Part shown: piece after piece, positions 53,005 through 57,447 of the stretch
Layout of the letters: each line of letters opens with the position of its first letter
How positions within the stretch are numbered: position 1 is the first letter of the stretch
Assembly: GCA_044336985.1 (NCBI GenBank)
Contig: JBIIOK010000004.1
Location: 1 to 57,447 of the forward strand
DNA: 57,447 nucleotides
Source: Pirellulales bacterium
Lineage (GTDB): Bacteria; Planctomycetota; Planctomycetia; Pirellulales; UBA1268
Direction of reading: 5' to 3'
Program-made: the position numbers and the translations under genes
Notes under the pieces: generated by a model
Told to the model about the DNA's origin: nothing
The model's input: the letters and a program-made list of their open reading frames with translations, nothing else
The model's database searches: none

Positions 53005-54465
53005 CTAGAACTGCCAGATCGCGTCGCAGCCGCCGTAGAGCTGGCCGTACTCGGTGCCGCCGTTGGAGATCCGGCCGAAGTTCGGGCCGAAGGGCAGCGG
53101 CGCGGTACCGGCACGGGCACCGGCCATGTTGTCCGGCGAGTACCAGTCATACCGCAGTTCCGGACGGATGATCCAGTTGCGGGTGGGCTTCCAGTTCAGG
53201 CCCCACGTGGCCTGAAAGAAGTTGCCCTGGAAACCCGACTGGTTCGGACCGCCGACCCAGTAGTTGCGAATCGGGGCGAACACGCGATAGCCGTTGTTGT
53301 CGCGGAACCACTCGAACCTCATGCCCGCCACCAGCGTGTCGCTGACGGTGTAGAAGAGGTACTGATTGATGCCGTACCACTGCGCCAGGCCAGCCTGCTG
53401 GCCCTGGTTCTGCAGACCGGTGTTGGCATTGAACTGCCAGCCGTTGTCGTTCTGAAACACGTACGTGACCTTGTCGCTGAGCTCGTTGGTGTAGACGTTG
53501 CTCCAGATCGACCGGTTGCCAATGTTCTGCGGCGCGTTGGCGAAGAACACCGGCTCGTTGCCGCTCGACACGGTCGAGGTGAGTGCCTGCGTCTGGTCGC
53601 TGTTTTTGAACGACACACCGCCCAAGAACGCCGCGTTGCTGTTGGCATTGATGGAGCCGGGATTCAGGATGCCCTGGCTGTTGATGGGATCGCTGAAGTT
53701 GTCCCAGCCATTGGTGATACCGGCATACACGGTCAACTGGTCGTTGGGCGTCCAGGTGTCGAGAATGCCGGTGTGGGTGAACGGCTCGCCGTACTGCATC
53801 GTGTAGGCGTGCGTGTAGAAGAAGTTGCCGATCGCCGGCACCACTTCATACCCGATGATCGTGTAGAAGTGGCCGAACTTCACCACGTGGTCGCTGTATC
53901 CTACTTCACCGTACAGCTGCGGCATCGCGAGGCCGTAATCCTTCGTCGACGCCCACGACGGCGCGCCGGAGACACCCGCACCGTTGGTCTGGTTCCCGAG
54001 AAACCCGTCGAGTCCGCGGGCCGTCGTGTAGATGTAGTCGGTACCGTAGAGGAGGTCGACGCGACCACCCCAGTCGAGCCCGTTCGTCGTGTCGACCAGC
54101 TTCTCGTTGACGAGGTAGAGCTGGTTCATCTGGCCCTGCCAGTTGCGATCGTTGAACGTGATCGGGCCGTTGAACGGGCTCGCCCAGTTGTTGGCACCGA
54201 TGCCGGCACCGATCCAGCCGTAGGTCTTGATGCCGCGATTGGTGAGGAACTCCGTCTCGAGGTAGCGATTGGGGCCTTCCTCGGCCGAGGCTTCCTGGGC
54301 GGCCTCCTGCGGCGGCAGGCCACGCAGTTCGTAGGCCTCCTCCTGCGGCACGTTCGGCACGACGGGCACGGTGCCCGTCTGGGCGGCAGCCTGGTCGGCC
54401 GCGATGGCGGTCATGAGCAGTGCCGCGGTCAGCGACAGCGGCAGGCGGACGTTGATTCTCTTCAT
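53005..54465 (-). CDS. Outer-membrane beta-barrel porin, BBP2/OmpL-like
   Basis: Signal peptide; MNQLYL, WGGRVDLLYGTD, GHFYTIIGYEVV, PFTHTG, IRPELRYDW; terminal Phe. Confidence 0.88.
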   Translation of the reverse strand: MKRINVRLPLSLTAALLMTAIAADQAAAQTGTVPVVPNVPQEEAYELRGLPPQEAAQEASAEEGPNRYLETEFLTNRGIKTYGWIGAGIGANNWASPFNGPITFNDRNWQGQMNQLYLVNEKLVDTTNGLDWGGRVDLLYGTDYIYTTARGLDGFLGNQTNGAGVSGAPSWASTKDYGLAMPQLYGEVGYSDHVVKFGHFYTIIGYEVVPAIGNFFYTHAYTMQYGEPFTHTGILDTWTPNDQLTVYAGITNGWDNFSDPINSQGILNPGSINANSNAAFLGGVSFKNSDQTQALTSTVSSGNEPVFFANAPQNIGNRSIWSNVYTNELSDKVTYVFQNDNGWQFNANTGLQNQGQQAGLAQWYGINQYLFYTVSDTLVAGMRFEWFRDNNGYRVFAPIRNYWVGGPNQSGFQGNFFQATWGLNWKPTRNWIIRPELRYDWYSPDNMAGARAGTAPLPFGPNFGRISNGGTEYGQLYGGCDAIWQF

Positions 54466-54682
54466 GTTCCCCAATCCTCTGGTGTTGGCGACCCGCTTTC
54501 CCCGCAGGCCGCGTGGCGTTTTGGGAGGGGCATTGGTCGCGAGCCGTTCCGCCAGGGCGTGCTCAGCGACATTTCCCCCCCGCCATCGAATATCGGGCCG
54601 AGCGGTAGCGAAAATGCCGCCGTCGGAGCGGCGGCGTCAGGGTTTCGCTGACCGGACCAGAAAGCCTGGCAGACTCTGCCGG

Positions 54683-55687
54683 TCAGGCAGCCAGTGCGCC
54701 CTCGAGCAGGGCGGCGACGAACCGCGCGGGGTCAAAAGGCTCCAGATCGTCGGCCGCCTCGCCGAGCCCCACGAACTTCACCGGCAGGCCGAACTGCTCC
54801 GCGACCGGCACGATCACTCCGCCACGGGCCGAACCATCGAGCTTGGCCAGCACGATGCCGGTGCACCCCGCGGCCTCCTTGAAGCCCTTCGCCTGCGAGA
54901 GGGCGTTTTGGCCCGCCGTGGCGTCGATCACGAGCAACGTCTCGTGGGGCGCGTCCGGTATTTGCTTGGCGATGACGCGGCGGATCTTGGCGAGTTCCTG
55001 CATGAGATTGGCCTGTGTCTGCAGCCGGCCGGCCGTGTCGATGATGCAGACGTCGAATTTGCCTTCGAGGGCACGCGCGACGGCGCGGTGGGCGACGCTC
55101 GCCGGATCGCTGCCGGCTTCGCCACGGATGATCTCGGCCCCGATGCGGCCGGCCCACATGGCGAGCTGCTCGACGGCCGCGGCGCGGAATGTGTCGCCGG
55201 CGCCGAGCACGACCCGCTTCCCTTCGTTTACGAATCGGTTGGCGAGCTTGGCGATCGACGTCGTCTTGCCCGAGCCGTTGACGCCCGTGACGAGGATCAC
55301 GGTCGGGCCGTCGGCTGCGGCCGCAATCGCGGCCGACTTCTCGGCGAGCCGCGAGAGCAATTGCGTGCGGATCGAGTCGACCACGATCTCCGGCTCGACC
55401 ACGCGGGAACGCAGGCGATTTTTCACATCGACGACGATCGCCTCCGCCGCGGACGGCCCCATGTCGGTGCGGATGAGCGCCGCGCGGAGCTCCTCGAGGA
55501 AGGTATCGTCGACGAGACGGCCCTCCCGCCTGAAGAGATCGCGGACGTCGGTCGAGAGCACCTGCGCGGTCTTGGCGAGACCGGACTTGAGCCGGTCCAG
55601 CAGGCCCTTCTTCGGCGCGGCCTCGCCGGCCGGCGAGGCCGCCGGTTCCGGCTGGGGATCCTTGCGACCGAAAGAAAAGATGGCCAT
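54683..55687 (-). CDS. ftsY: SRP receptor FtsY
   Basis: GVNGSGKTT, DTFRAAA, DTAGR, AKLDGSARGG. Confidence 0.97.
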   Translation of the reverse strand: MAIFSFGRKDPQPEPAASPAGEAAPKKGLLDRLKSGLAKTAQVLSTDVRDLFRREGRLVDDTFLEELRAALIRTDMGPSAAEAIVVDVKNRLRSRVVEPEIVVDSIRTQLLSRLAEKSAAIAAAADGPTVILVTGVNGSGKTTSIAKLANRFVNEGKRVVLGAGDTFRAAAVEQLAMWAGRIGAEIIRGEAGSDPASVAHRAVARALEGKFDVCIIDTAGRLQTQANLMQELAKIRRVIAKQIPDAPHETLLVIDATAGQNALSQAKGFKEAAGCTGIVLAKLDGSARGGVIVPVAEQFGLPVKFVGLGEAADDLEPFDPARFVAALLEGALAA

Positions 55688-55705
55688 GACGCTCGAAGCT
55701 CCGGG

Positions 55706-56128
55706 TCAGCCGGTCGTGGGCGCGGCGCGATCGGCAAGCAGCCCGCCGAGCACGCCGGCGACGAACGTCGCCGAGCCCTCGGTACCATATCGTTTGGCCA
55801 GTTCGATCGCCTCGTTGACGGCGACCGGGCCGGGCGTGCTCGTGTGCAGGATCTCGAAGACGGCGATCCGCAGGATGGCCCGGTCGGTCGCCGGCATCCG
55901 CGCCACCCGCCAATTGGTGGCGCGGGAATCGAGGAGGGCATCGAGTTCGACGCGGTGGTCGCGCACGCCCCGCACGAGCGACTCGGCAAACGGGACGAGC
56001 GGGCCGCCGTGCAGCCGGCCGGCGATGAAGGGGGCGATCTCGTCGTCGGCGGTGGCCGGGTTCATGTCGAGCCGGTAGAGCGCCTGGAGGGCGATTTCGC
56101 GGGCCCGGCTGCGGCGTGGGGCGGTCAT
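55706..56128 (-). CDS. nusB: Transcription antitermination factor NusB
   Basis: RSRAREIALQALY, DRAILR, NEAIELAKRYG, FVAGVLG; ATGA overlap with ribH. Confidence 0.95.
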   Translation of the reverse strand: MTAPRRSRAREIALQALYRLDMNPATADDEIAPFIAGRLHGGPLVPFAESLVRGVRDHRVELDALLDSRATNWRVARMPATDRAILRIAVFEILHTSTPGPVAVNEAIELAKRYGTEGSATFVAGVLGGLLADRAAPTTG

Positions 56129-56643
56129 GTCGCGGTTCTCCGCGGTGGCAATTGGCCGAGCAGGGAGATCATTTCGATCGCGGCCGTCGCGCACTCCTCC
56201 CCCTTGTTGCCGGCGGAGCCGCCGGCACGGGCGAGCGCCTGGGCGAGCGTATCGCAGGTGAGCACGCCGAAGACCACCGGGATGCCGTGCGCCCGTGCCG
56301 ACTGCTCGATCCCGTGGCCGACGGCGCTGGCGATGTGCTGGTCGTGCGACGTCTCCCCCTTGATGATCGCCCCGAGGCAGAGCACCGCCGCATAGTGGCC
56401 GCTCGACGCCATGCGGTCTGCCGCGAGCGGAATCTCGAACGATCCCGGCACCCAGGCGACGTCGATCTGCGCGGGCGGCAGACCGGCTGCGACGAACCTC
56501 GCGACTGCCGCCTCGAGCAGTCGCCGCGTGATCGAGTCGTTGTATCGCGAGACGACGATCGCCACGCGCGGCGGCTGCCTCGCGCCGGCGCCGCCGAAGT
56601 CGCCGCGTCCTTGGTATGTGGTTCCCGCCGTGCTGTTGCTCAT
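56125..56643 (-). CDS. ribH: 6,7-dimethyl-8-ribityllumazine synthase
   Basis: [33 protein letters not shown]. Confidence 0.96.
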   Translation of the reverse strand: MSNSTAGTTYQGRGDFGGAGARQPPRVAIVVSRYNDSITRRLLEAAVARFVAAGLPPAQIDVAWVPGSFEIPLAADRMASSGHYAAVLCLGAIIKGETSHDQHIASAVGHGIEQSARAHGIPVVFGVLTCDTLAQALARAGGSAGNKGEECATAAIEMISLLGQLPPRRTAT

Positions 56644-56650
56644 GCCCCGC

Positions 56651-57447
56651 CTACGACTTGAGGCTCATGAGGAACTCGCTGTTCGACTTGGTCTTCGCCA
56701 GCCGGTTGAGCAGGAGTTCCATCGCGTCGGTGGGGTTCATCTCGCCGAGCACGCGCCTGAGCGTGCAGGTCCGGCGGTATTCATCCGGCTCGAGCAGCAT
56801 CTCCTCGCGCCGGGTGCCGGAGCGGTTGATGTCGATGGCCGGATAGATCCGCTTGTCGACGAGCCGGCGGTCGAGCACGATCTCGAGGTTGCCGGTGCCC
56901 TTGAACTCCTCGAAGATCACGTCGTCCATCTTGCTGCCGGTGTCGACCAGCGCCGTGGCGATGATCGTCAGCGACCCTCCCTGCTCCACCTTGCGAGCGC
57001 TGCCGAAGAGCCGCTTCGGCCGCTGGAGGGCGTTGGAATCGACGCCGCCGGAGAGGATCTTGCCGGAGTTCGGCACCTCCGAGTTCCAGGCGCGGGCGAG
57101 CCTGGTGATCGAATCCAGAAAGATGACCACGTCGCGGCCGTATTCGACGAGCCGCTTCGCCTTCTCGATCACCATGTCGGCCACCTGCACGTGCCGGCTG
57201 GCGTTTTCGTCGAACGTGGAGCTGATCACTTCGCAGCTCGGCCCCTTCACCTGACGCTCCATGTCGGTGACCTCCTCCGGCCGCTCGTCGATGAGCAGCA
57301 TGAAGACGTAGGCCTCGGGATAGTTGGCGATGACGGCGCGGGCCATCTTCTGCATGAGGATCGTCTTGCCGGCCCGGGGCGGGCTCACGATCAGGCCGCG
57401 CTGGCCGAAGCCGATCGGCACGACGAGGTCGATCACGCGGGTGGAGA
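56651..57447 (-). CDS. rho: Transcription termination factor Rho (5' part outside window)
   Basis: [51 protein letters not shown]. Confidence 0.97.
   Translation of the reverse strand, partial: STRVIDLVVPIGFGQRGLIVSPPRAGKTILMQKMARAVIANYPEAYVFMLLIDERPEEVTDMERQVKGPSCEVISSTFDENASRHVQVADMVIEKAKRLVEYGRDVVIFLDSITRLARAWNSEVPNSGKILSGGVDSNALQRPKRLFGSARKVEQGGSLTIIATALVDTGSKMDDVIFEEFKGTGNLEIVLDRRLVDKRIYPAIDINRSGTRREEMLLEPDEYRRTCTLRRVLGEMNPTDAMELLLNRLAKTKSNSEFLMSLKS

Noticed and set aside
52990-56395. Plus-strand ORFs of 553, 674 and 411 aa
   Set aside because: Antisense to porin, ftsY, nusB and ribH

Overview
High-GC chromosomal window, most consistent with a Planctomycetota (Pirellulales-like) genome; this is inferred from gene content (BBP2-type porin, MoxR/vWA/prenyltransferase-repeat operon, extended Rieske protein). 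Left to right: (1) a >14-kb minus-strand respiratory cluster (Rieske, split cytochrome b6-like + subunit IV-like, a 1507-aa cytochrome c with 8 CxxCH and a PDZ-like segment, two cupredoxin-like paralogues, a diheme lipoprotein, A2-type oxidase subunits II/I, CtaA); (2) housekeeping and other genes (purD, leuB, ferredoxins, ECF sigma, HAD, MBL hydrolase, pgi, apgM); (3) a lower-GC-looking locus with a sigma54 promoter, a 37-aa membrane peptide and two non-phosphorylatable receiver proteins; (4) a DevBCA-like ABC exporter with ino1 inside it, bracketed by inverted composite repeats; (5) a six-gene MoxR operon; (6) tatC, tRNA-Leu(UAA), a chemoreceptor, a thioredoxin, a porin, and rho-ribH-nusB-ftsY. 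Intergenic DNA carries at least five palindromic repeat families (named A-E here), including GTAG-type REPs that supply stop codons and a ~150-170-bp element with covarying terminal stems. No CRISPR array, transposase or integrase was seen. All calls come from reading motifs by eye; no searches were run, and many start codons were moved from the ORF track using RBS or overlap evidence.
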